From Anaerolineaceae bacterium (GTDB lineage: Bacteria; Chloroflexota; Anaerolineae; Anaerolineales; Anaerolineaceae), in the NCBI GenBank assembly GCA_035342915.1, contig DAOQYB010000012.1, positions 1,479 to 65,478 on the forward strand: 64,000 bases of DNA. The letters are read 5' to 3'. Below are positions 17,184-26,056 of this stretch, one piece after another. Both the position numbers and the translations under genes were made by a program. The notes beneath the pieces were generated by a model. The model was not told the origin of the DNA, made no database searches, and saw only the letters and a list, made by a program, of their open reading frames with translations. Each line of letters starts with the position of its first letter. The first letter of the stretch is position 1.

Positions 17184-18737
17184 TCACGGCACGGTGACCG
17201 CCACGCTCCCAAGGATACTGGAATAGGCCGTGCAGATCACACCGTCGTATTTGCATAACCTGAAGTTGTAGGTGCCGGTTGCCAGCCCTGTGACCGTGTA
17301 AGCGTACAACGCTTTGTCGATCACGCCCGGCTTCACATCGTCTGGGTAGGAGGGGTCGTCCAGCAGGTCCCACAGCAGCAGGTAGCCCGCGGAGGGTTCG
17401 TTCCCCTGTTCTATCACCCAGGTCAGTTCCACCTCACCGGGGTTCGTGTTGGCAGCGCCTCTTAGCGTGAAGCCGAACTCGGGGTAAGGCTCAGCGAAAG
17501 TGAATTGCTTTACCGCTGAATACACGGTGCAGGTGCCGGCCGCCACCTTGCACACCCTGAAGTAGTAAAGCGTGTTGGGCATGCCGGTCACATCCGCCTG
17601 GGTGGCGCCTTGAGGCGCGTCAACGAACATATCGCTGATTGTGGGTTCGTCATTGCTCGCGGAGTACAGTACCTTAAAGCCCTCAGGGAAACTGCCGCTG
17701 GCGCCCCAGTAAATGGTGGCCGTTCCCGGCGCGCTGCCGTCTACAATGGAGGAGACGAGGATGGTGGAATTATCCACCACGGCGGTGGGTTCAGGCACCT
17801 TGGTGGGCAGCGGCTTGGCTGCCGTGCCGGGGTAAGTGTGTTCGAAGGAAGGCGTGTACGCGTCGCAGCCGCTGCCGTTGAACTTGCAGATGCGGTAATA
17901 GTAGGTGGTACCCGCCTTGCCGTCAACATAGGCTTCGCGCTCATCGCCGTCGGAGATCGAGAAGTAACTGTCGGAGCCGTATTTCGGGTTTTCGTTGCCG
18001 GTGGAGTAATAGATGCGGAAGCCGCGCGAGGGATTGCTGTCAGAGGTCCAGAGCATGCGCGCCTTCAGCCCGCCGGCGTTGGTGATGCTGGTAATGGCGA
18101 ACTTGGGGGCCGCGGTGGCTGATGTCCCACCGCCGCCTCCCCCGCCGCCGGATACGATCGGGGTTAACGCCCTGGCAGTGGCGGTGCGGTTGGGTGTGGG
18201 TGTGGGCGCGTAACGCCTGAAGTTAAAGAAAGCCGTGTTGCTGTACACATCACAACCCGCGCCCGTGAAGCGGCAGACGCGCACGATGTACACGTAACCC
18301 GGCTCCCCGGCAAACATCGCCGCGCGCGCATACGGGTCACTGGTGTACGATCCGTCATCCTGCGGTGAGACCGGCCGGCGTTCCTCACGCGTCCAGACCA
18401 CGTTGAACCCGGAGGGGAAACTGCCGATGCCATCCCAATTGACAATGGCCTGCCCGGGACCGATCTGCTGGATGGCGGTGATGTTGATGCGCGCATCCGG
18501 TGTGGGCTCAGGCGGGGTGCCCGGCGCGGGGGGCGGGGGCAGCGGGGTCCCGGTCGGCAGCGCAGCCGCCGGCTGCTCGGGCAGCCCCGGCTGCGTCTGC
18601 TGCGCCTGCAGCGCTGATTGGGTGAGAATAACAGCCAGTTTCTCCTTCACCAGCTCCTGGCTGGTTGGCTGTTCGGCGCAGCCAGAGAGGATGAGAGAAA
18701 GCGTCAGAACAATCGCCATCAGGATTTTAATACGCAT
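17184..18737 (-). CDS. lipoprotein with four FN3-like repeat modules each ending in a conserved Cys pair; function unknown
   Basis: Start MRIKILMAIVLTLSLILSGC at 18737 (lipobox, GGTGGAGG RBS). Four modules of about 105 aa end in YIVRVCRFTGAGCDVYS, YYYRICKFNGSGCDAYT, YYFRVCKVAAGTCTVYS and YNFRLCKYDGVICTAYS. Confidence 0.8.
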   Translation of the reverse strand: MRIKILMAIVLTLSLILSGCAEQPTSQELVKEKLAVILTQSALQAQQTQPGLPEQPAAALPTGTPLPPPPAPGTPPEPTPDARINITAIQQIGPGQAIVNWDGIGSFPSGFNVVWTREERRPVSPQDDGSYTSDPYARAAMFAGEPGYVYIVRVCRFTGAGCDVYSNTAFFNFRRYAPTPTPNRTATARALTPIVSGGGGGGGGTSATAAPKFAITSITNAGGLKARMLWTSDSNPSRGFRIYYSTGNENPKYGSDSYFSISDGDEREAYVDGKAGTTYYYRICKFNGSGCDAYTPSFEHTYPGTAAKPLPTKVPEPTAVVDNSTILVSSIVDGSAPGTATIYWGASGSFPEGFKVLYSASNDEPTISDMFVDAPQGATQADVTGMPNTLYYFRVCKVAAGTCTVYSAVKQFTFAEPYPEFGFTLRGAANTNPGEVELTWVIEQGNEPSAGYLLLWDLLDDPSYPDDVKPGVIDKALYAYTVTGLATGTYNFRLCKYDGVICTAYSSILGSVAVTVP

Positions 18738-18954
18738 AATGCCTCCACCCGGAACTCGCGGTCTTTTAATTATACAGAGAAACGCCCATACGCGCACCAT
18801 ACACTCCTGTAAACCCGCGTTTATCGACCTTTTCCCCCTGTTTTTCAGGTCAACCCGCCGCTCGCCCGCCCTTCACGGTACGCGCCTTCAATACCCAGCC
18901 CCTGCCGCCGCGCATTCGGGTATATAATGAATGTAACCCCTTTGTTCCCATCAC

Positions 18955-18968
18955 TGAACAATCGTTCG
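18955..18968. promoter_or_regulatory. SOS-box-like palindrome TGAACAATCGTTCG (GAAC-N4-GTTC)
   Basis: Perfect GAAC-N4-GTTC core, 60 bp upstream of the HIRAN-like gene start and 27 bp downstream of a TATAAT (18923-18928). Confidence 0.5.
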
Positions 18969-19027
18969 CCGTTTGTTCGGTGTTCTCCCGCTAAGCGCGG
19001 GCTCCAGCCACAAGAAACGAGGACGAC

Positions 19028-19360
19028 ATGCGCCAGATCATTACCCGTGTTTTAGGGGTGGGCAAGCGCAACCCTGACGGCACCTCCCGCCAGCAGGCTC
19101 TCAAAAAGTTGGCCTCCCTTGGCGGCGCGGTGATCCTCAATCACGTCCAGTCGGAGGAGGGCGACCTCAACACCATCGAGGTCCTGCTGCCCCGCGCGGA
19201 GGGCAGGCACCCCTGCCGTGTGGGCTTTCTGCCCGGGCGCATCGGTGAAAAACTCGTGCGCCACATCGATGCCCAACGCCCGCTCACGGCGGTCATCTGC
19301 GGTCTCAACGCGGTTGAAAACCCGCCCCACACCAGCCTGCACATCAAGATCACGTATTGA
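19028..19360 (+). CDS. HIRAN-like domain protein (small, stand-alone)
   Basis: 110 aa. Pattern GV..R.PDG..RQ.AL..L..G..V.L.H......D.N.IEV.......VGFLP..I...L...ID resembles HIRAN domains. Recognition is by eye only. Confidence 0.5.
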   Translation: MRQIITRVLGVGKRNPDGTSRQQALKKLASLGGAVILNHVQSEEGDLNTIEVLLPRAEGRHPCRVGFLPGRIGEKLVRHIDAQRPLTAVICGLNAVENPPHTSLHIKITY

Positions 19361-19380
19361 GTGTAACCCTTCGCCACACT

Positions 19381-19402
19381 CCCCGGCAATGCCGGGGTTT
19401 TT
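19381..19402 (+). terminator. rho-independent terminator
   Basis: CCCCGGC-AAT-GCCGGGG followed by TTTTT. Confidence 0.75.
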
Positions 19403-19636
19403 GGGGTTAAGGGAATCAGAATTCATGGTTGCGTTAACAAATAAAACAAATAGAAACGAATCGATATTTGTAAGGTTTGAGTTCAGTAATTGGTGACGAG
19501 GATTCAGGTAAATAGACCGTATGTTCTATATTCAATTATACAACGCATGTCAAGGGTTTACAGCGGTTCGATACAGAGCGGCGCCGGATACGGGACGGTT
19601 TTTTCAGTAATAGACAACATAGCGATTACCAGGTTG

Positions 19637-19674
19637 GAGTTTGCTTCATCGCAAAATGCGCTCCTCGCAATGAC
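19637..19674 (+). repeat. solo unit of the GAG(A/T)TTGC...CTCGCAATGAC repeat family
   Basis: GAGTTTGCTTCATCGCAAAATGCGCTCCTCGCAATGAC, inside the long AT-rich intergenic region. Confidence 0.6.
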
Positions 19675-19977
19675 AGATCAGGAACTTTCGACTAATTGTA
19701 TATCGGATTGGTTTTTGAACCCCGTCACCCTGTGCCTCCCGCTTTCCCTTCCACGCGCGAGGTGAAAATTCCGGGATGCTTAAATCATTATCCTGGATGA
19801 GCAATGCTTGCCCACCATGTTTCATGCAAATCCCGGGATTCGGAAAAACCTTTGGTGTTTTTTGTGAATTTCGTGGTTAACGATCTTTCCCCTCCCCTGC
19901 ATCTTCACCTGTAGGCGCACAACCCCGCGGCGTGGAATGCGTATATAACTTGAAACACCAATCATAAAGGAGAAGAA

Positions 19978-20175
19978 ATGTGCACTGAAGAGAGAACCAA
20001 AGTAATTCACAGGGGCGGCGGCGCGGAGGCCGTGTACGGCTTGGGTTTCATCGGCGCAGCCATCTACTTCATCGGCACCGCCACCACCTTCTGGCTGGGC
20101 GTGCTGGGCTTCCTTAAGGCCATCGTCTGGCCGGCCTTCCTGGTCTTCGCCGCACTCAAATCACTGGGGCTTTAG
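19978..20175 (+). CDS. small two-TM membrane protein; function unknown
   Basis: 65 aa, AAGGAGAAGAA RBS, hydrophobic GLGFIGAAIYFIGTATTFWLGVLGFLKAIVWPAFLVFAAL. Confidence 0.65.
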   Translation: MCTEERTKVIHRGGGAEAVYGLGFIGAAIYFIGTATTFWLGVLGFLKAIVWPAFLVFAALKSLGL

Positions 20176-20257
20176 CCCAAAATCAATCGAAGCGCCTGCG
20201 CGCGCGGGGCGAAAAAACTGTATACTAGGTTAATCAACCCCGCTTAACCAGGAGGTC

Positions 20258-21052
20258 TTGATGCGGTTACGTTCATCCAGGCGCTTCTTTGTTCTAACCT
20301 TCCTTGTCATCATCCAGCTGGCCTGCGCGATCTTTGGCACGCCCCAGCAACCCACGCCCGCCCCGGTGATCATGGTTGTCACCGCCACCCTGTCTCCCAT
20401 GCCCGCTGCAACTGCCACAACGCGCCCTACCATCACCGCGGTGCCGCTCTTCACCGCCGGTCCGGCGCCCTCTCCCACCCCTGACCTGCGCCTTATCCAG
20501 GGCGAACCGGAGGATTTTCAGCTCACCCTGACTGACCTGCCCGCATCCGCGGGCTACAGGCTGCTCGTACAGGGATCCGGTGTTGACGTTACAGACCGCG
20601 ACGAGGAGTGGCAGCAGGAATACCAGGAAAAAGTTGGCGAAAGCGATTTCTACATTACAAGAATGGATCGCGACCGTGATAACCTCGCCTACCCGGATCG
20701 AATCAGTTGTGACGTCGGCAAATTCACATCCGTGCCATTCGCCGGCGAGTACCTGAAAGAATACAACTTAACCAAAGACGTTGACCGCGCCAACGGCGGC
20801 AATTACCTGCCCGCTGTTGAAGAGTTCCCCGGGTTAGGTGATGCGCGCCACCTCTCCCACTTTGATTTTGAGTACGAAGGAAATACTGAAACCTATTACG
20901 TCATCATGGCTTCCTACCGCAATTACATCATCGAATGCTGGGGTGGAGGGCTGAAGGATGATGTGCCGCCTGACTTTATCGCCGGGCTGGTGCAAATCAT
21001 CCTGGATAAGTTGAAAGCCGCCCCGCTGCTGCCCCCGCCCTCAAACAGTTAG
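20258..21052 (+). CDS. lipoprotein/secreted protein; function unknown
   Basis: AGGAGG RBS, signal sequence with Cys (VIIQLAC), a Pro/Thr/Ala linker, then a globular domain. Confidence 0.75.
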   Translation: MMRLRSSRRFFVLTFLVIIQLACAIFGTPQQPTPAPVIMVVTATLSPMPAATATTRPTITAVPLFTAGPAPSPTPDLRLIQGEPEDFQLTLTDLPASAGYRLLVQGSGVDVTDRDEEWQQEYQEKVGESDFYITRMDRDRDNLAYPDRISCDVGKFTSVPFAGEYLKEYNLTKDVDRANGGNYLPAVEEFPGLGDARHLSHFDFEYEGNTETYYVIMASYRNYIIECWGGGLKDDVPPDFIAGLVQIILDKLKAAPLLPPPSNS

Positions 21053-21109
21053 CTGTAGAATGAATATCAGATCCCTTTTAGATCACCGTTCAAAGCCGAG
21101 AGGTAACCC

Positions 21110-21733
21110 ATGAAGCATAGTGCATTCCCCCTGCTCATCTGCGCGCTGATGCTGCTCGCCGCCTGCGCGCCGCAGCCCGCTACCACGGCAGCCCCGGGTG
21201 TAACGCCTGAACCCACGCTCGCGCCTCAACCCAGCGCCACCCCCATCCCGCAGGTTACACCCACACCTGACCCCTACGCCTGCCTCAACGGCGACTGGCT
21301 GCTCAACACCGAACAGGCCACCCAGCTGATGGCCTACATCACCTCGAACCCCTCGCTCACCTTCATTGAAGGAGGTCTGCGGCTGCGCTTTGAAGACGGC
21401 GGCTTTGTATACCACTCCGAAGACCTGGTCCTGCAGATCAGCTTTCTCAACGGATTCATCCAGGCCAGGGCCAACATCTTCGTGGAAGGCACCACCTCCA
21501 TCGAGGGAGACATCCTGCGCTTCAACCAGACCAACATCAATAACGAACTCACCGACTGGAAAGCCCTAGACGCCCAGGGCAACGCTCTGCCGCTTGTGTT
21601 CGCCAACACCCCGGTGATGGCTTTCGAGGTGGCTGACCAGGCAACCTACAGCTGCGCGGGTGACAGGCTCACGCTTACGTTTGAAGTGGAGGATCTGGCC
21701 GGCCAGACCTTTGACCTTGAACGGGTAAAGTAG
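21110..21733 (+). CDS. lipoprotein; function unknown
   Basis: Lipobox MLLAAC, a Pro/Thr linker, then a globular domain. Confidence 0.75.
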   Translation: MKHSAFPLLICALMLLAACAPQPATTAAPGVTPEPTLAPQPSATPIPQVTPTPDPYACLNGDWLLNTEQATQLMAYITSNPSLTFIEGGLRLRFEDGGFVYHSEDLVLQISFLNGFIQARANIFVEGTTSIEGDILRFNQTNINNELTDWKALDAQGNALPLVFANTPVMAFEVADQATYSCAGDRLTLTFEVEDLAGQTFDLERVK

Positions 21734-21742
21734 CCGGCGTGG

Positions 21743-23080
21743 TTAACCCCGGGGGGTATCACCCTCATCCGGCAGCCGCTCTTCCACCTGGCGCACCGCC
21801 GGGATGAAATAGCCGGCGATGCCCACCGCCGCCGAGAGCAGCCCGCAGAGAACCAGCAAAAAGCCCATGCCCGCGCCCGGGCCGCTGCCCACCAACCAGC
21901 CGAACGAACGCGCCATCAGCGTATCTGCGCGGAAGGCCGGCTCCAGCAGGTAATCCGCCAGCACCCCGCCGATGACCGGCGAAATGGGATTGGTGAACCA
22001 GGCGATCAGGCGCCGCGCCGAAAACACCCTGCCCTGCAGGTCAGAGGGGACCTTGGATTGCCAGATGGCCTGGTTGGAGGCGTTGATCAGCGGCCCCACC
22101 GAAGCCCCCAGCGCCGCCCCGCCGATCCACGCGGGCAGCCCGAACCTCATCCCCAGCAGCGTGAAGAAAACCCCGCTGGCGAACCACCCCAGCAGCACCC
22201 CGTTGACGCGCTTCTTGAAGCCGCCCCAGGCGCTCATCACCACGCCGCCCGCCACCGCGCCGATGGCCCCCGCCGTTTGCACCGTGCCGAAGAGCAGGCT
22301 GTTCTGGCCGGTGCGCGCCAGGATCATGGGCGCCATCACCGTGTAGCCGATGCCCGCGAACAGGTTGCCGGCGAAGAAGATCAGCTGCAGCCCCAGCAGG
22401 CTGGGCCGCGCGAAGATGTAGCGGAAGCCGAAGATCGCCTCCTTGAGCATTGATCCGCGGGCCTCCTCCCCCTCCGCTGAGATGCGCGGCGCGGGGATGC
22501 GCACGATGAGCAGCGCCGCGACCGCGAACAGGAAGGTGAGGATATCCAGCAGCAGGATGCCCTTGAGCTCGATCAACGGCAGCAGCGCGCCTGCCAGCAG
22601 CGGCGCCACCACCCCGGGTCCGGCTTCCATTAGAGACATCAGCCCGTTGGCGCGTCCCAGCTGCTCCTTCGGCACCATGGTGGAGATGGCCGCCGAGTAG
22701 GCCGGCCACTGGAAGGTGTTGCCAATGCCGTTGAGCACCGCCGAAATGTAAAGGTGCCAGAATTCCAGCCTGCCGAGGAGGATGAGAACGAAGATGCCGC
22801 CGGTGGCGAGCACCGCCGCCAGGTCAGAGACCATCATCATCAGCTTGCGGTTGTAGCGGTCCACCATGACCCCGGCGATCGGCGACATGAGGAGGAATGG
22901 GGTGATGAAGAAGACCTGCATCAGCCCCATGCGCGTGGCGCTCTCCGTCTGCTGGTACATCCAGATGGTCAGCGCGAAATGCGTCATGCTCGAGGCAAGC
23001 ACAGAAACGATCTGCCCGATCCAGACGGTGATGAAGGCTTTCATGCCGGAGGGCTGGCGAATGGCTGGTCTTTCAATCAT
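21743..23080 (-). CDS. MFS transporter (EntS/MFS_3-like)
   Basis: About 12 TM helices, GVMVDRYNRK (MFS motif A-like). Start could also be MKAFITVW at 23044. Confidence 0.85.
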   Translation of the reverse strand: MIERPAIRQPSGMKAFITVWIGQIVSVLASSMTHFALTIWMYQQTESATRMGLMQVFFITPFLLMSPIAGVMVDRYNRKLMMMVSDLAAVLATGGIFVLILLGRLEFWHLYISAVLNGIGNTFQWPAYSAAISTMVPKEQLGRANGLMSLMEAGPGVVAPLLAGALLPLIELKGILLLDILTFLFAVAALLIVRIPAPRISAEGEEARGSMLKEAIFGFRYIFARPSLLGLQLIFFAGNLFAGIGYTVMAPMILARTGQNSLLFGTVQTAGAIGAVAGGVVMSAWGGFKKRVNGVLLGWFASGVFFTLLGMRFGLPAWIGGAALGASVGPLINASNQAIWQSKVPSDLQGRVFSARRLIAWFTNPISPVIGGVLADYLLEPAFRADTLMARSFGWLVGSGPGAGMGFLLVLCGLLSAAVGIAGYFIPAVRQVEERLPDEGDTPRG

Positions 23081-23135
23081 AGGCGGTATGGAACACGAAC
23101 CTTTCCTGTTGCTGTCGGGGGTGCCGGCGTGTCTG

Positions 23136-23576
23136 CTACTGGCGTTTGAACGTTAGCGCTGCGCCGTCTTCCGTGGTAATTGTGAGAGAGCCGTCCATAA
23201 CCGTGAACGAACGCGCGTCCTGCAGCAAAGACAGGAAGGCGGCTTCCTGCTCCATCCAGCCAGGCTCCATGCAGGCCATGAGCGTGGAGGTGATCCCGTT
23301 GAAGGTAATGGCATCGCCATCGACCCGGTAACTGCCACCGTAGCTGTTGCATCCCGCGGAACCGCCGGCGCCGCTTTCTGTAAAGGCAATGGTCAGCGTG
23401 GAACCCGCGGCGGGCGAGCTGCCATCCAGGTCCACCAGCTCCCAGGAGGTGCCGTCCAGCCCGCTGCCGCCGCCCGCGCAGGCGCTGAGACAAGCGAGAA
23501 GAAGGATCATCAGCAGTGAGATCACGGGTTGCGCCTTCACCGCATTTATCCCCAATTGGTGAGTGCTGGTGAACAA
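23136..23576 (-). CDS. META domain (HslJ-like) lipoprotein
   Basis: Lipobox LLACLSAC, then W.LV.L......G..LT..F...G...G.AGCN.Y.G.Y...G..I.F..I.ST.MAC typical of META/HslJ. Confidence 0.85.
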   Translation of the reverse strand: MFTSTHQLGINAVKAQPVISLLMILLLACLSACAGGGSGLDGTSWELVDLDGSSPAAGSTLTIAFTESGAGGSAGCNSYGGSYRVDGDAITFNGITSTLMACMEPGWMEQEAAFLSLLQDARSFTVMDGSLTITTEDGAALTFKRQ

Positions 23577-23580
23577 AAGA

Positions 23581-23949
23581 TTACTCCTCCTGGTCCAGGT
23601 GCATCTTGTGCAGCCAACGATGCACTACCGGGGCAACGAAAACGCCGGCAGCCACCAGGAAGATGATGCCCGCGAAGAGCGCGTAAAGTGACGCGAAGAC
23701 CTTGCCGGCGGTGGTGGCGAGAGTGTTCACCGGCCCCATGCCGCTGAGGATCATGGAGGCGTTCAGCAGCGAATCGAGCCACGACATGTTCTCGGTAAAA
23801 TGGTAGCCAAGCACACCAATGGCAAGCGACGCGAAGATGAGCAGCAACCCGAAACTGAGATGCCTGGCCAGTCGGTACAGGAACTGCCGCCTCGGCAGCA
23901 GTGGCTGGTTGTGACGCTCATATTGAAAGAAATTTTTCCTTTGCTTCAC
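23581..23949 (-). CDS. small membrane protein; function unknown
   Basis: 122 aa with three hydrophobic segments. No family recognised. Confidence 0.65.
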   Translation of the reverse strand: MKQRKNFFQYERHNQPLLPRRQFLYRLARHLSFGLLLIFASLAIGVLGYHFTENMSWLDSLLNASMILSGMGPVNTLATTAGKVFASLYALFAGIIFLVAAGVFVAPVVHRWLHKMHLDQEE

Positions 23950-24093
23950 AGGTTAATTGTAACCATTATGAACAAATATTCAATCCCGCCCTTCTCCATG
24001 GCGGCGAAGAAACCTGCACAGGCGACAGGTTTCGCGCATCCCGGGTCGGCACGCAGTGCGGAGCCGGGACTTCATTTACCCGGCAAGTTACCC

Positions 24094-24124
24094 TTGACTC
24101 TCCCCTAAGGTTATAGTGTATAGT
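24094..24124 (+). promoter_or_regulatory. MerR-type promoter with 19-bp spacer (TTGACT-N19-TATAGT)
   Basis: TTGACT (24094-24099), 19-nt spacer CTCCCCTAAGGTTATAGTG containing the palindromic core CCTAAGG, and TATAGT (24119-24124), 32 bp before the MerR/GyrI gene. Confidence 0.6.
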
Positions 24125-24155
24125 ATGGCTGCAACCACCACAGTAGAGGAGACCC

Positions 24156-25031
24156 ATGTTAAAGATCGGTGATTTCGCCCGGGCTGCCAATGTGACCGTG
24201 AAGACGCTGCGCTTCTACGCGCGCGAGGGTCTGCTCACGCCAATCTACATCGACCGTTTCAGCGGTTACCGCTACTACAGCTGCGACCAGCTGCCCGCGC
24301 TCAACCGCATCCTGGCGCTCAAAGACCTGGGGTTCAGCCTGGCGCAGATCCGCCAGCTGATGCGCGAGACGCTCAGCGCCGAAGAACTGCGCGGCATGCT
24401 GCGCATGAAACAGTCTGAACTGCAGCAGACTGTGGCGCGCGAAGGTCAGCGGCTCGAACGGGTGCAGCAGCGGTTGGAGCAGATCGAAAAGGAAGGACCG
24501 GCTTCAGTGGTGGATATCGTGATCTGCCGGGAGGTGACCCCGGCGAAAACAGAACATGAAAAGGAGAATCTGATGGAACCTGTGAAGTTCGAAACCCTGC
24601 CCGCGTTCAAAGTGATGGGTTTGAAGTATTACGGCAACAACGCCAACCACGAGATCAAGAAGACCTGGGAAAAACTCAACCCGCGCGCGCAAGAGATCCC
24701 CATCAGGGGCGAATGCGCCTACGGGGTATGCTACATGGTGAACGACGCCCAGAATGGCGAGTTCGAATATGTGGCCGGGTTTAAGGTGGAGGAATATGAT
24801 GTTGTTCCCGAAGGCATGGTGGTGGTGGATGTGCCCGCCAACCGCTACGCCGTGTTCGCCCACCGCGGCGCGCTCAACACGCTGCGGCAGACCTACGCCG
24901 GCATCTGCGATGACTGGTTCCCGCGTTCGGGTTACCAGCCGACCGGCGGCTACGACATGGAGGTGTACACCGAGGAGTTCAAGGATTTCGCGCCGGACTC
25001 GGTATTCTACATTTATGAACCGGTGAAATGA
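24156..25031 (+). CDS. MerR family transcriptional regulator with GyrI-like effector-binding domain (BmrR-like)
   Basis: N-terminal MLKIGDFARAANVTVKTLRFYAREGLLTP...YRYY, a coiled-coil, then a C-terminal GyrI-like/AraC_E_bind-type domain (FKVMGLKYYG...YEFYIYEPV-type ending). Confidence 0.88.
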   Translation: MLKIGDFARAANVTVKTLRFYAREGLLTPIYIDRFSGYRYYSCDQLPALNRILALKDLGFSLAQIRQLMRETLSAEELRGMLRMKQSELQQTVAREGQRLERVQQRLEQIEKEGPASVVDIVICREVTPAKTEHEKENLMEPVKFETLPAFKVMGLKYYGNNANHEIKKTWEKLNPRAQEIPIRGECAYGVCYMVNDAQNGEFEYVAGFKVEEYDVVPEGMVVVDVPANRYAVFAHRGALNTLRQTYAGICDDWFPRSGYQPTGGYDMEVYTEEFKDFAPDSVFYIYEPVK

Positions 25032-25058
25032 ACCTGTAGGAACACAACTCCCTGCCCA

Positions 25059-25093
25059 CCCCTCTTTCGCAGGAAAGAGGGGTTCATTTTTTT
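25059..25093 (+). terminator. rho-independent terminator
   Basis: CCCCTCTTT-CGCAGG-AAAGAGGGG then TTCATTTTTTT. Confidence 0.7.
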
Positions 25094-25246
25094 GGGGTGG
25101 AAAACAGAATAAAACCTTGTGCACCTGGTTGATTCTTATATACTGTAAATATAAATATGATATTATTTACCATATAAGTCAAATAACAACCTTCGTCGAA
25201 ACCGCGTCGCAGCCAACAGGTTGAATAAAGGGAAAAGAGGATAACG

Positions 25247-26053
25247 ATGAAAGTAAATAACAAAGTCATTGTGGTCACCGGCGGCGGCAGCGGGATGGGA
25301 CGGGAAATGGTGCTGGAATTGCTGCGGCGCGGCGCGCGCGTGGCGGCGGTGGACATCAGCGCCGAGGGGCTGGCGCGCACAGGGGAACTCGCGGGCGAAA
25401 ACCGCGGCAGCATGAGCACCCACCTGGCGGATATCACCGACCGCACGGCGGTGGAAGCCCTGCCCGAAGCGGTGATCGCGGCCCACGGCACGGTGGACGG
25501 GTTGATCAACAACGCCGGCATCATCCAGAAGTTCATCACCTTTAATGAATTGACCATCGCTGAAATCCAACGCGTCATGAACATCAACTATTACGGCGCC
25601 ATCTTCATGACCAAAGCCTTCCTGCCGCACCTGCTCAAAAGACCCGAAGGGCACATTGTGAACATTTCGAGCATGGGCGGGTTCCTGCCGGTGCCCGGCC
25701 AGACGATCTACGGGTCATCCAAGGCGGCGATCAAGCTGTTCACCGAGGGGCTGAACTCTGAACTGAAAGCCACAAAGGTGCGCGTCACGGTGGTATTCCC
25801 GGGCGCGATCAACACCAACATCACCGTCAACTCCGGCCTGATGACGCAGGAGGAACGGGACAACCTGAAATCGGGTCACAAAATGACGAACGCTGATGTC
25901 GCGGCGCGGACCATTTTGGACGGCATGGAAAAGGACAGGTACCGCGTGCTGGTCGGCAGCGACGCCAAAATGATGGACATCTACTCCCGCCTGATGCCCA
26001 AAAAAGCCGCTGAATTGATCTACAAAAACATGAAAAACCTGATCAAGATGTAA
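25247..26053 (+). CDS. SDR family oxidoreductase
   Basis: TGGGSGMG cofactor motif, NNAG, and catalytic YGSSK. Confidence 0.9.
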   Translation: MKVNNKVIVVTGGGSGMGREMVLELLRRGARVAAVDISAEGLARTGELAGENRGSMSTHLADITDRTAVEALPEAVIAAHGTVDGLINNAGIIQKFITFNELTIAEIQRVMNINYYGAIFMTKAFLPHLLKRPEGHIVNISSMGGFLPVPGQTIYGSSKAAIKLFTEGLNSELKATKVRVTVVFPGAINTNITVNSGLMTQEERDNLKSGHKMTNADVAARTILDGMEKDRYRVLVGSDAKMMDIYSRLMPKKAAELIYKNMKNLIKM

Positions 26054-26056
26054 GGC

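Noticed and set aside
18121-18150. GC-rich run CCGCCGCCTCCCCCGCCGCCGG.
   Set aside because: It encodes the poly-Gly (G8) linker of the repeat lipoprotein on the minus strand and is not an independent DNA element.
19490-20010. Track ORFs 19490-19765 (+) and 19822-20010 (-).
   Set aside because: They have no RBS and low-complexity translations. One crosses the dispersed repeat unit (ALLAMT) and the other overlaps the better-supported 19978 gene start.
23969-23982. TGAACAAATATTCA, a near SOS box in the gap between the 23581 gene and the MerR/GyrI gene.
   Set aside because: One mismatch in the GTTC core (ATTC), inside an AT-rich region where such near-matches are expected.
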